DNA of 24,747 nucleotides from Stellaceae bacterium. Lineage in GTDB: Bacteria > Pseudomonadota > Alphaproteobacteria > ATCC43930 > CGMCC-115725. Each line of letters starts with the position of its first letter. Position 1 is the first letter of the stretch. Below are positions 8,270 to 16,220 of the stretch, piece after piece. The notes under the pieces were generated by a model. That model did no database searches, was not told the origin of the DNA, and saw only the letters and a list, made by a program, of their open reading frames with translations. Location: assembly GCA_049689615.1 (NCBI GenBank), contig JBAVMB010000351.1, positions 1 to 24,747 of the forward strand, written 5' to 3'. The position numbers and the translations under genes were made by a program.

Positions 8270-9253
8270 ATGCTGGCGATGACACTCGAGCAGGCCGGAG
8301 CGCCGTTGCGGGCGATCAATCGCGTCCCGCCCGAGCCCGGCCCCGGCCAGGTTCTCGTCCGGGTGCGCGCCTGCGGCGTCTGCCGAACTGACCTACACGT
8401 CGTCGACGGCGAGCTGCCGCAAACCAAACTGCCCTTGGTCCCCGGACACGAAATCGTCGGCACGGTCGAAGCCGTGGGTCCCAGCGCCGAACGGCTGCGG
8501 ATCGGCGACCGTGTCGGCGTGCCGTGGCTCGGCTGGACGTGTGGCGTCTGCGAATTCTGCCGCAGCGGCCGCGAGAATTTGTGCGACTGGGCGCGTTTCA
8601 CCGGCTATCAGATCGACGGCGGGTATGCCGAATACGCTGTCGCGGACGAGCGGTTTTGCTTCGCCATTCCGCCGGAATTCGACGACCGCGCGGCGGCGCC
8701 GCTGATGTGCGCCGGGTTAATTGGCTATCGTGCGCTGCGCATGGCCGGCGATGTCCGGCGGCTCGGTCTGTACGGCTTCGGCGCCGCCGCCCATATCGCC
8801 ATCCAAATTGCGCGGCATCGCGGCCAGGAGGTCTTCGCTTTCACCAAATCGGGCGACGCCAAGGGTCAGGGATTCGCCCGTTCGCTGGGTGCCGCGTGGG
8901 CCAGCAGCTCGGAGACGCTGCCGCCCGAGCCGCTCGACGCCGCGCTCATTTTCGCGCCTGTGGGTGCGCTGGTGCCGGCAGCACTGGCCGCAACCGCGAA
9001 AGGCGGCACCGTCGTCTGTGCCGGAATCCACATGAGCGACATCCCGCGCTTTCCGTATCGGCTGTTATGGCAGGAGCGCATCGTGCGCTCGGTCGCCAAC
9101 CTGACACGGCAGGACGGCGAGGAATTCTTGGCGCTCGCGCCGCGCGCCAAGCTGCGGACGACCACAATCCCCTTCCCGCTTGCCGAGGCGAACGATGCGT
9201 TGGCGCAATTGCGCGCCGGTCAATTCGAAGGCGCGGCGGTGTTGTTGCCCTAG
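8270..9253 (+). CDS. Zinc-dependent alcohol dehydrogenase (AdhP/CAD-like MDR family)
   Basis: CGVCRTDLH, PGHEIVG, structural Zn CGVCEFCRSGRENLC, APLMCAG, GLYGFGAAAH. Confidence 0.93.
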   Translation: MLAMTLEQAGAPLRAINRVPPEPGPGQVLVRVRACGVCRTDLHVVDGELPQTKLPLVPGHEIVGTVEAVGPSAERLRIGDRVGVPWLGWTCGVCEFCRSGRENLCDWARFTGYQIDGGYAEYAVADERFCFAIPPEFDDRAAAPLMCAGLIGYRALRMAGDVRRLGLYGFGAAAHIAIQIARHRGQEVFAFTKSGDAKGQGFARSLGAAWASSSETLPPEPLDAALIFAPVGALVPAALAATAKGGTVVCAGIHMSDIPRFPYRLLWQERIVRSVANLTRQDGEEFLALAPRAKLRTTTIPFPLAEANDALAQLRAGQFEGAAVLLP

Positions 9254-10752
9254 GTCCGGGCAATCGCCGCCAAGGCGGTCTGCATCTGATCGGTAATACC
9301 GCCAGATGCCTCAAGGCAAAGCCAATCGATCACGCCTGGGTCCTGCGCCAGCTGAAAACGCAGCACGGCGGCGTCCGCGTCCGAGGCGTCGCCGCGGCGG
9401 CCCGCCAATCGCTCTGCCAGCACCGCTTCCGGCGCCGCGAGCCAAATCCCGGTGAAGGAGACGCCGGCCTGGCGGGCAATCGCCGCGATCGCCGCACGTT
9501 CATCGGGGCGAAGAAAAACCGCATCGGCGATGACCGAATGGCCGTCGTGCAACGCCATCATCGCCTCTCGGCCGAGCGTTTCGTACACCCGAATATTGGT
9601 AGCCATGTCATAGGCCGATGGCGGCAGCCGCTGCTCCGACGCGAGACCGTGCAGCCGCTTGCGGATGACGTCGCTGCGCAAGACGCGCGCACCTGGCGCA
9701 CGGCCGATTCCGGGTGCGATCGCCTGGGCGAGTGTCGTCTTGCCGGTGCCGCTGACGCCGCCGATCGCGACCAACGCCGCCTGCACAGGTCGCAAGAGCG
9801 TCTTTGCCAGGCGAAAATAACCCGGCGCCGAATCGGCGGCGCCGCCAGCCGCGGTCACGTGGGCGCGGATTGCCGCCCGCATCGCCAGATAAAGCGGCAT
9901 CAATCCGAGGCCACCTTCGTCGCCGCTGACGTCGAGATAGCGGTTGAAGACCAGCGCCGCGAAATCGGCATGTCCGCGGTGAATCAAGTCCATGAGCAGG
10001 AACGCCAGGTCATAAAGCACGTCGACCGAGGCAATCACGTCGCTGAATTCGATCGGATCGAACAGCGTCGGCCGGTCGTCGAGCAGGCAGATGTTGCGCA
10101 GATGCAGGTCGCCATGACAGCGGCGCACCCGCCCTTCGCGGTTGCGCCGCTCGATGACCGGCCGTTGGACCACGAATTCCGTCTCAAGTTGCGCCGCAAA
10201 AGCCGTCAGCTCGGCGTCACCAGCGACCGCAGTGCGCCGCAGATTGGCGACAATGTCGGCGATCACCGCTTGGACGGCGTCCGGAGTGCCCCAACGCCGC
10301 ACGGGCTCGGCGGCAGCATGAAATGCCGCGACCGCATCCGCAAGGTCGCGCATATGCTGCGGCGTGAGGCGGTTTTCGGCCGCCATGCGATCGAACAAGG
10401 CAGCTTCGTCGAACCGGCGCATCTCGACCAGCCAATCGACCGCATCGCCCGTTCCGTCGAGGGCAAGGCCGCCGTCGCTGCTGCAGGTCACAACGTGCAC
10501 GGTGCGATAGAGCGACGGCGCCATCGCGCGGCCGAGCCGCAGTTCGGCTTCGCAGTTCATGCGCCGCAAGTCCGGCGTCGAGAAATCGAGATAGGAGAAC
10601 ACGACCGCGCGTTTCAGTTTGAAGGCGCGATCACCGACCAGGAAAACGACTGAGATGTGGGTCTCGCGTTGCTCGACTGTCGCGTCGGGCAAGCCATAGG
10701 CCGCGCCCCGGCTCAGGAATGCGACGGTCTCGCTTTGATCGGCCGGCGTCAT
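9250..10752 (-). CDS. Bifunctional aminoglycoside-phosphotransferase-like kinase / P-loop (AAA_33) protein, Rv2004c-like
   Basis: ETHISVVFL, AFKLKR, CHGDLHLRNI, FDPIEF, YDLAFLLMDL, then Walker A GVSGTGKTT, RSDVIRKRL, DASDAD; start could also be 10761 or 10779. Confidence 0.9.
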   Translation of the reverse strand: MTPADQSETVAFLSRGAAYGLPDATVEQRETHISVVFLVGDRAFKLKRAVVFSYLDFSTPDLRRMNCEAELRLGRAMAPSLYRTVHVVTCSSDGGLALDGTGDAVDWLVEMRRFDEAALFDRMAAENRLTPQHMRDLADAVAAFHAAAEPVRRWGTPDAVQAVIADIVANLRRTAVAGDAELTAFAAQLETEFVVQRPVIERRNREGRVRRCHGDLHLRNICLLDDRPTLFDPIEFSDVIASVDVLYDLAFLLMDLIHRGHADFAALVFNRYLDVSGDEGGLGLMPLYLAMRAAIRAHVTAAGGAADSAPGYFRLAKTLLRPVQAALVAIGGVSGTGKTTLAQAIAPGIGRAPGARVLRSDVIRKRLHGLASEQRLPPSAYDMATNIRVYETLGREAMMALHDGHSVIADAVFLRPDERAAIAAIARQAGVSFTGIWLAAPEAVLAERLAGRRGDASDADAAVLRFQLAQDPGVIDWLCLEASGGITDQMQTALAAIART

Positions 10753-10785
10753 GGCCGGCATGTTACGCCGGCACGGCACGCACGC

Positions 10786-11064
10786 TCAGCAGCAATTGAG
10801 CTCGGGTTCGCTGCGGCAGCGATCGATGAAGTGGCGCAGCAAGAGTTTGAGCTTGGCGGAGTGGCGAAAATCGCCGCGCGCCTGGGCCGCCAGTATATCG
10901 TCCCGGATGATGTCCTTGATCGCGCGCTGTCCACCGGCCGTATGGACCAGGTAATTGCCCAACTCGGCCGCGATCACTTCGGGCAAATGCTCGTGTTCGG
11001 CGATCGCTTTGATCTCCTCGCGGCCGAGGTCGCACAAGTCGAGACAGTCCACCAAGGTCAGCAA
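10786..11064 (-). CDS. Hypothetical protein, 92 aa, with CxxxC and AEHEH motifs
   Basis: TTG start with AGAGGA RBS 7 nt upstream; protein-like helical composition; lies between an FNR box and the kinase gene on the same strand. Confidence 0.8.
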   Translation of the reverse strand: MLTLVDCLDLCDLGREEIKAIAEHEHLPEVIAAELGNYLVHTAGGQRAIKDIIRDDILAAQARGDFRHSAKLKLLLRHFIDRCRSEPELNCC

Positions 11065-11116
11065 TGCCGGGTCCTCTGCTTTTGTGCGATCATGTCGCGG
11101 GCCGCCGCGTGGCGCC

Positions 11117-11130
11117 TTGACCTAGGTCAA
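11117..11130 (-). promoter_or_regulatory. FNR/FixK-type box (TTGAC-CTAG-GTCAA, perfect palindrome) for the leftward operon
   Basis: 14-bp perfect palindrome; minus-strand -10-like CATGAT (11094-11089) gives about -41.5 geometry. Confidence 0.82.
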
Positions 11131-11143
11131 ACGGACAGGAAGC

Positions 11144-11157
11144 TTGACATGAATCAA
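11144..11157 (+). promoter_or_regulatory. FNR/FixK-type box (TTGAC-ATGA-ATCAA) for pat
   Basis: One mismatch to consensus; TAATGG at 11179-11184 as a candidate -10; GTG start at 11213. Confidence 0.82.
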
Positions 11158-11212
11158 CGCCGTTGCCCGCCGGATCGGTAATGGATTTGCGCCATACAAC
11201 CGGGACTGCCGC

Positions 11213-13915
11213 GTGAGCGTTCGCAATTTCAATTACCTGTTCAAGCCGCACTCGGTCGCTTTGATTGGCGCGAGCGACAAGCCAGATTCGGTCGGCGGTG
11301 TGCTGACGCGCAATTTGATGTCGGGCGGTTTCGACGGCTCGATCATGCTGGTGACGCCGACGCACGCCGCCATCGGCGGTAACGCCACGTTTCGCGACGT
11401 CGATCATCTGCCGCGGGCGCCGGACTTGGCGGTGATTGCCACGCCGCCTGCGGCGGTACCCAGCCTGATTGCCGCCTTGGGCCGGCGCGGCACCAAGGCC
11501 GCGGTGGTCATCACCGCCGGTTTCGGCGAGGGCGACGACGTGGCGGGTGCGAGTCTGCGCCAGGCGATGCTCGATGCCGCGAAGCCATATCTGCTGCGGG
11601 TGGTCGGACCGAATTGCCTCGGGATCATCGCAACGCAGCGCCACCTCAATGCGACCTTCGCGCATCTCGACCCGCCGCGCGGCGATCTCGCCTTCGTGGC
11701 GCAGTCAGGCGCGATCATTACCGCCATGCTCGATTGGGCAGCGGCGCGCGGTATCGGCTTTTCGCATGTTGTCTCGCTCGGCGACATGGCCGATGTCGAT
11801 TTCGGCGACATGCTGGATTATTTGGCGAGCGACGGCGGGACGCGTGCAATCCTGTTGTATATCGAGGGTATTACGGCGCCGCGCAAATTCATGTCGGCGG
11901 CACGCGTCGCCGCGCGAACCAAACCGGTGCTCGTGGTCAAGGCTGGCCGGCACAGCGAAGGCGCTCGGGCTGTCCGCTCGCATACCGGTGCCATGGCCGG
12001 CAGCGACGCGGTTTATGACGCCGCTTTCCGCCGCGCGGGAATGCTGCGCGTTTACGAACTCGACGAGTTGTTCGACGCCGCCGAGACACTTGCCTTGTGC
12101 GATCCACTGGTCGGCGAGCGACTGGCGATCGTTTCGAATGGCGGAGGTCTCGCGGTCATGGCGACGGACAGCCTGATCGAAGCCGGCGGTACATTGGCGC
12201 CTTTGGCGCCAGAAACCACCGCCGCGCTGGACCGTGTCCTGCCGCGCACCTGGTCGCACGGTAACCCCGTCGACATCGTCGGCGATGCGTCGCCGCAACG
12301 CTATCGCGACGCCGTCGCCGTCGTACGGCGGGACGCCAACGTGGATGCGTTACTGGTCCTGAACGCGCCGACGGCGCTGGCCTCGCCGGTCGAGGCCGCC
12401 CGTGCCGTGGCCGCCGAGGGTCGCGCAGGACATCGAAACCTCTTGACCAGCTGGGTCGGTCAGAAATCGGCCGACGCCGCGCGACAGGTCTTCGCCGCGG
12501 CCCGGATCCCGACTTATGCGACGCCGAGCGAGGCCGTGCGCGGCTTCATGCACCTCGTGCGCCACCGCCGCCGGCAACAATTGCTGTTGCAGATTCCTGA
12601 CGCGGCCCCGCCGGAATTTTCTCCAGATCGCGACCGGGTTCGCCGGCTGATCGATTCGGCGTTGGCGCATTCGCGCACCTGGCTGAGCGCCGCCGACAGC
12701 AAGGACATCCTTCAGGCTTACGGGATTCCGGTCGCAGCGGCCCAGACAGCGAAAAACGCCGCCGAGGTCGGCGCGATCGCGCGTAACCTCGGTACGGCCT
12801 GCGCGATCAAAATCCTTTCGCCCGACATCACGCATAAGAGCGATGTCGGCGGTGTCGCCCTCGATCTGCAGACACCAGCGACCGCGAGCGCCGAAGCAGA
12901 ACGAATGCTCGCCCGCATCCGGCAAGCACAGCCCCAGGCGCGCATCGAAGGATTTACCGTCGAGCCCATGGTCGTACGGCGCGACGCCTACGAGCTGATC
13001 CTTGGCATGACCGATGACCCGCAATTCGGTCCGGTTATCCTGTTCGGCCAAGGTGGTACTGCCGCCGAGCTCATCGACGACACGGCGTTAACGCTGGCGC
13101 CGCTCAATCTGACGCTGGCGCGAAGTTTGATGGCCCGGACGCGGGTTTACCGATTACTGCAGGGCTACCGCAATCAGCCGGCGGCGGCGCTCGATGCTAT
13201 TGCCGCAACACTGGTCAAACTGTCGCAGCTGGTCGTCGATTTCGCCGAAGTCGCCGAATTGGATGTCAATCCGCTGGTCGCCAACGCCCAAGGCATCATC
13301 GCGCTTGATGCACGGTTGCGGGTCAAAGCGGCGAGCGGCGATCCCACCGCGCGGCTGGCGATACGTCCCTACCCGACGGCGCTGGTCGAACGCGTCGTGC
13401 TGCCCGATGGCCAAGCGTATCAGCTGCGGCCTATTCGACCGGAAGACGCGCCAACGATCCAGGCGATGTTCCGGCGGCTCGAGTCCGAGGACATCCGCAT
13501 GCGATTCTTTGCGCCGATCGCCGAACTGAGTCCGGCACTGCTCGCGCGCCTGACACAACTCGATTACGACCGCGAGATGGCGCTGCTCTTAACCGAATCC
13601 GACGGCGGCACCGCGCCACCAGATCTCGTTGGTGTCGTGCGCCTAGCCGCCGATCCCGACAACGAGCAGGCCGAATTCGCCATCACCGTCCGGTCGGACC
13701 GCAAAGGCCACGGTATCGGCTACTTCCTGATGCAGCGGATCATTACGTATGCCCGCGGCCGCGGCATCACATCGCTGCGCGGTGACGTGCTGCGCGAGAA
13801 CCGCCTGATGCTGGATTTGTGCCGCGATCTTGGCTTCGTCCTGGAGTCCTTGCCCGAAGACCCGGAAATCGTGCGCGCGACGCTCGGTCTGGTCGCCGCG
13901 CCAGTGCCCGCTTAG
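11213..13915 (+). CDS. pat: Bifunctional acetate-CoA ligase family / GNAT protein lysine acetyltransferase (Pat/PatZ/YfiQ-type)
   Basis: CoA-binding (SVALIGAS, GPNCLG), ligase-like (QSGA, SHTGAMAG, SNGGG, NPVDIVGDA), ATP-grasp (HKSDVGGV, DPQFGPV, ELDVNPL) and C-terminal GNAT (LRPIRPED, RLTQLDYDREMA, AEFA..VRSD.KGHGIG). Confidence 0.92.
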   Translation: MSVRNFNYLFKPHSVALIGASDKPDSVGGVLTRNLMSGGFDGSIMLVTPTHAAIGGNATFRDVDHLPRAPDLAVIATPPAAVPSLIAALGRRGTKAAVVITAGFGEGDDVAGASLRQAMLDAAKPYLLRVVGPNCLGIIATQRHLNATFAHLDPPRGDLAFVAQSGAIITAMLDWAAARGIGFSHVVSLGDMADVDFGDMLDYLASDGGTRAILLYIEGITAPRKFMSAARVAARTKPVLVVKAGRHSEGARAVRSHTGAMAGSDAVYDAAFRRAGMLRVYELDELFDAAETLALCDPLVGERLAIVSNGGGLAVMATDSLIEAGGTLAPLAPETTAALDRVLPRTWSHGNPVDIVGDASPQRYRDAVAVVRRDANVDALLVLNAPTALASPVEAARAVAAEGRAGHRNLLTSWVGQKSADAARQVFAAARIPTYATPSEAVRGFMHLVRHRRRQQLLLQIPDAAPPEFSPDRDRVRRLIDSALAHSRTWLSAADSKDILQAYGIPVAAAQTAKNAAEVGAIARNLGTACAIKILSPDITHKSDVGGVALDLQTPATASAEAERMLARIRQAQPQARIEGFTVEPMVVRRDAYELILGMTDDPQFGPVILFGQGGTAAELIDDTALTLAPLNLTLARSLMARTRVYRLLQGYRNQPAAALDAIAATLVKLSQLVVDFAEVAELDVNPLVANAQGIIALDARLRVKAASGDPTARLAIRPYPTALVERVVLPDGQAYQLRPIRPEDAPTIQAMFRRLESEDIRMRFFAPIAELSPALLARLTQLDYDREMALLLTESDGGTAPPDLVGVVRLAADPDNEQAEFAITVRSDRKGHGIGYFLMQRIITYARGRGITSLRGDVLRENRLMLDLCRDLGFVLESLPEDPEIVRATLGLVAAPVPA

Positions 13916-15024
13916 GACGCAGCAGGTGGCAATCTGCTCTCGCGTGCGAGCAATGTGCGCTTGCGCTCGATTCCCCAACGATAGCCACCCAGACCGCCGT
14001 CGCGGCGCACGACGCGATGACACGGGATCGCGACCGCGGCCGGATTCGCGGCGCAGGCCTGCGCCACCGCGCGTACCGCGCGCGGGCGGCCAATACGCTT
14101 GGCCAAATCGCTGTAGGTCGTCGTTGCGCCCGATGGAATCGCGCGCAACGCTTGCCAGACTCGCTGCTGGAACGCCGTGCCGCGCAGATCGAACGGCAGA
14201 TCGGCAGCCGTGCCCGGCCTCTCGACGAGACCGACGACCTTAGCCACCAGGCGTTCGAACGATGCGTCGCCGCCGACAAGCTGCGCCTTGGAAAATCGAT
14301 CCTGGAGATCGCGCACCAACCGCTCGGCGTCGTCGCCGAGCATAATCGCGCAGATGCCCTTCGCAGTCGCCCCAACCAGGATCGCGCCCAGCGAACATTG
14401 CCCGACCGCGAAACGGATCGCCGCACCCGCGCCGCCGGCGCGGAAGTCGCGCGGCTGCATGCCGAGCAGCCCGTCGGCAACCGCATAAAAGCGGCCGCTG
14501 GAGTTGAAACCCGCATCATAAAAGGCTTCGGTCACGCTGCCGGCACGCGGCAAGGCGGCATGCAGCCGCTTGGCCCGGCAGGCGGCGGCGTAGGCGCGTG
14601 GCGTCACGCCGGTCACCGCCTTGAACAGCCGATGGAAGTGAAAGCGGCTCATGCCGGCATCGCACGCGAGTGCCGCGAGCGACGGCGGCTCATCCGCCGC
14701 CTCGATGGCCCGACAGGCCGAGGCCACGATGGCGGCACGGCGTTTCGTCAGCGGCGGCGCATCCGGCCGACAGCGTCTGCACGGCCGGAACCCCGCGGCT
14801 TCGGCGGCCGCTCCACTGTCGTAGAAGGCGACGTTTTCGCGCCGCGGCAGCCGCGCGCCGCAACCCGGCCGGCAGTAAACACCGGTCGTTCGCACGGAAT
14901 AATAGAAATGACCGGCAGCGCGGGTATCGCGCCGTCGGACCGCCGTCCAGCGTTGCGCGCCAGTCGCATAGGGCTTGCCGCCAGTCGGCACCGGGTGTGC
15001 TGCCAGAGCCATGATTTGCTCCAT
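13912..15024 (-). CDS. ada: Bifunctional Ada transcriptional activator / O6-methylguanine-DNA methyltransferase
   Basis: Zn-binding YCRPGC...GFRPCRRC, AraC HTH (MSRFHFHRLFK...YDAGFNSSGRFY), C-terminal IPCHRV active site; start 15024 or 15012. Confidence 0.95.
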   Translation of the reverse strand: MEQIMALAAHPVPTGGKPYATGAQRWTAVRRRDTRAAGHFYYSVRTTGVYCRPGCGARLPRRENVAFYDSGAAAEAAGFRPCRRCRPDAPPLTKRRAAIVASACRAIEAADEPPSLAALACDAGMSRFHFHRLFKAVTGVTPRAYAAACRAKRLHAALPRAGSVTEAFYDAGFNSSGRFYAVADGLLGMQPRDFRAGGAGAAIRFAVGQCSLGAILVGATAKGICAIMLGDDAERLVRDLQDRFSKAQLVGGDASFERLVAKVVGLVERPGTAADLPFDLRGTAFQQRVWQALRAIPSGATTTYSDLAKRIGRPRAVRAVAQACAANPAAVAIPCHRVVRRDGGLGGYRWGIERKRTLLARESRLPPAAS

Positions 15025-15096
15025 CGATTTCGTCACGGACCGTTCCGTGCCGCAACCGCTATTTGGCACACCCGAGAAAGGCGCACACTCCGGTGC

Positions 15097-15109
15097 TTGC
15101 TCTCGAATT
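15097..15109 (-). promoter_or_regulatory. Ada box (AAT-N6-GCAA)
   Basis: Minus strand reads AAT-TCGAGA-GCAA, the same box A/box B spacing as the E. coli ada promoter, in the gap upstream of ada. Confidence 0.75.
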
Positions 15110-15116
15110 ACGGCGC

Positions 15117-15677
15117 CTATGCCTTGAGTCGCCGAATCCACGCAGCCAGCGCCACCATCAGCTCCTGTATGAACTTGAGCGATGCCGTGTCCGTCAAATG
15201 ACCCTGCGCGTCAAACTTGTTCTGCGCCTGGGGGATCATTACCTCGGGCTTATTGAGCGGAATCATGTCGAGATAAACGCAGGTCTGCCGCAGGTGATAT
15301 TGCGCCCGGCCGGTGCCGAACAGGCCGATGCTCGCGCCCATCATCGCCACCGGCTTGCCGGCAAACGGCTGGTCGGGCGGCCGCGACGCCCAGTCGATTG
15401 CATTCTTGAGAACCCCGGACATCGAATAATTGTATTCCGGCGTGACGAAAAGCAGGCCATCAGCCGCTTTGATTCGACGCCGCAGATCTTCGATGACGGC
15501 CGGAAATCCCTGTTGGCGAATATCTTCGTTGTAAGGCGGAATCTCCGCGAGGCGGTCGTATTGGTCGAGCACCATGCCGGACGGCAGGTTCTCGGCCGCC
15601 ACCTTGAGCGCCATGCGGTTGTAGGAGCCTTTGCGCAAACTGCCGCAGATCGCGAAGACCTTGATCGTTTCTGCCAT
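15117..15677 (-). CDS. chrR: NAD(P)H-dependent FMN/quinone (chromate) reductase, ChrR/YieF-like
   Basis: GSLRKGSYN, TPEYNYSMSGVLKNAIDWASRP, GTGRAQYHLRQ, NKPEV; GGAGGA RBS before the ATG at 15677. Confidence 0.9.
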   Translation of the reverse strand: MAETIKVFAICGSLRKGSYNRMALKVAAENLPSGMVLDQYDRLAEIPPYNEDIRQQGFPAVIEDLRRRIKAADGLLFVTPEYNYSMSGVLKNAIDWASRPPDQPFAGKPVAMMGASIGLFGTGRAQYHLRQTCVYLDMIPLNKPEVMIPQAQNKFDAQGHLTDTASLKFIQELMVALAAWIRRLKA

Positions 15678-15865
15678 GGTTCCTCCATCGCCTCGTCGGC
15701 GCACAGGAAGCACGGCGCGCGGCGCGGATCAAGATCAACGGTTGCGGATCGCATTGCCGACGCGATCGGCTGCGATATTCGGTCGCTTTCGCCGCAATCA
15801 CCGTCGCCATTGCGGACGCGCACGGTTATAGCTGTCGTCGTGTACCGTTGGTGCCGAGGAGAATG

Positions 15866-16216
15866 ATGAAATACCGTGTCATGGTCGTGCTTGCTGGCTT
15901 TGTGCTCGCGATGGCGCCGAGGCCTGCTCCGGCGTCGCCTAACGTCTGCGCCGCCCTCAACGGCGAGGTCGTCACCGTCGAAGGCATCACGATCCAACGC
16001 AGCTTCGATTCGGCGCACGGCAAATACAGTTTCATTCTGAACCAGCCGACGATGTGCGGCGCCCAGATTGGACAGATCACGGTTTACGGCAAAGGTCGGC
16101 CACCATGCGACGAAGGCCGCCGCGCGCGCGTCACGGGCCGGTTCGGCTACGTCAACGATGCGGCGCGCGCGCTGACCGGGAACCTGTTGTTCGCCGACGT
16201 CGTCAGGTGCTACTGA
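15866..16216 (+). CDS. Hypothetical exported protein with 4 Cys, possibly a small beta-barrel/OB-like fold
   Basis: GAGGAG RBS; Sec-type signal (MKYRVMVVLAGFVLAMAPRPAPA); beta-strand pattern GEVVTVEG...RARVTGRF. Confidence 0.7.
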   Translation: MKYRVMVVLAGFVLAMAPRPAPASPNVCAALNGEVVTVEGITIQRSFDSAHGKYSFILNQPTMCGAQIGQITVYGKGRPPCDEGRRARVTGRFGYVNDAARALTGNLLFADVVRCY

Positions 16217-16220
16217 CGCT

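Noticed and set aside
8524..10653. 709-aa plus-strand ORF
   Set aside because: Overlaps the ADH out of frame and is the exact antisense register of the Rv2004c-like gene; Arg-rich with no motifs, a typical high-GC shadow ORF
9250..10752. Aminoglycoside resistance gene
   Set aside because: The APH-like fold is fused to a P-loop domain in a stress-island context; nothing in the sequence supports antibiotic specificity
13819..15201. 460-aa plus-strand ORF
   Set aside because: In-register antisense shadow of ada; no recognisable domain
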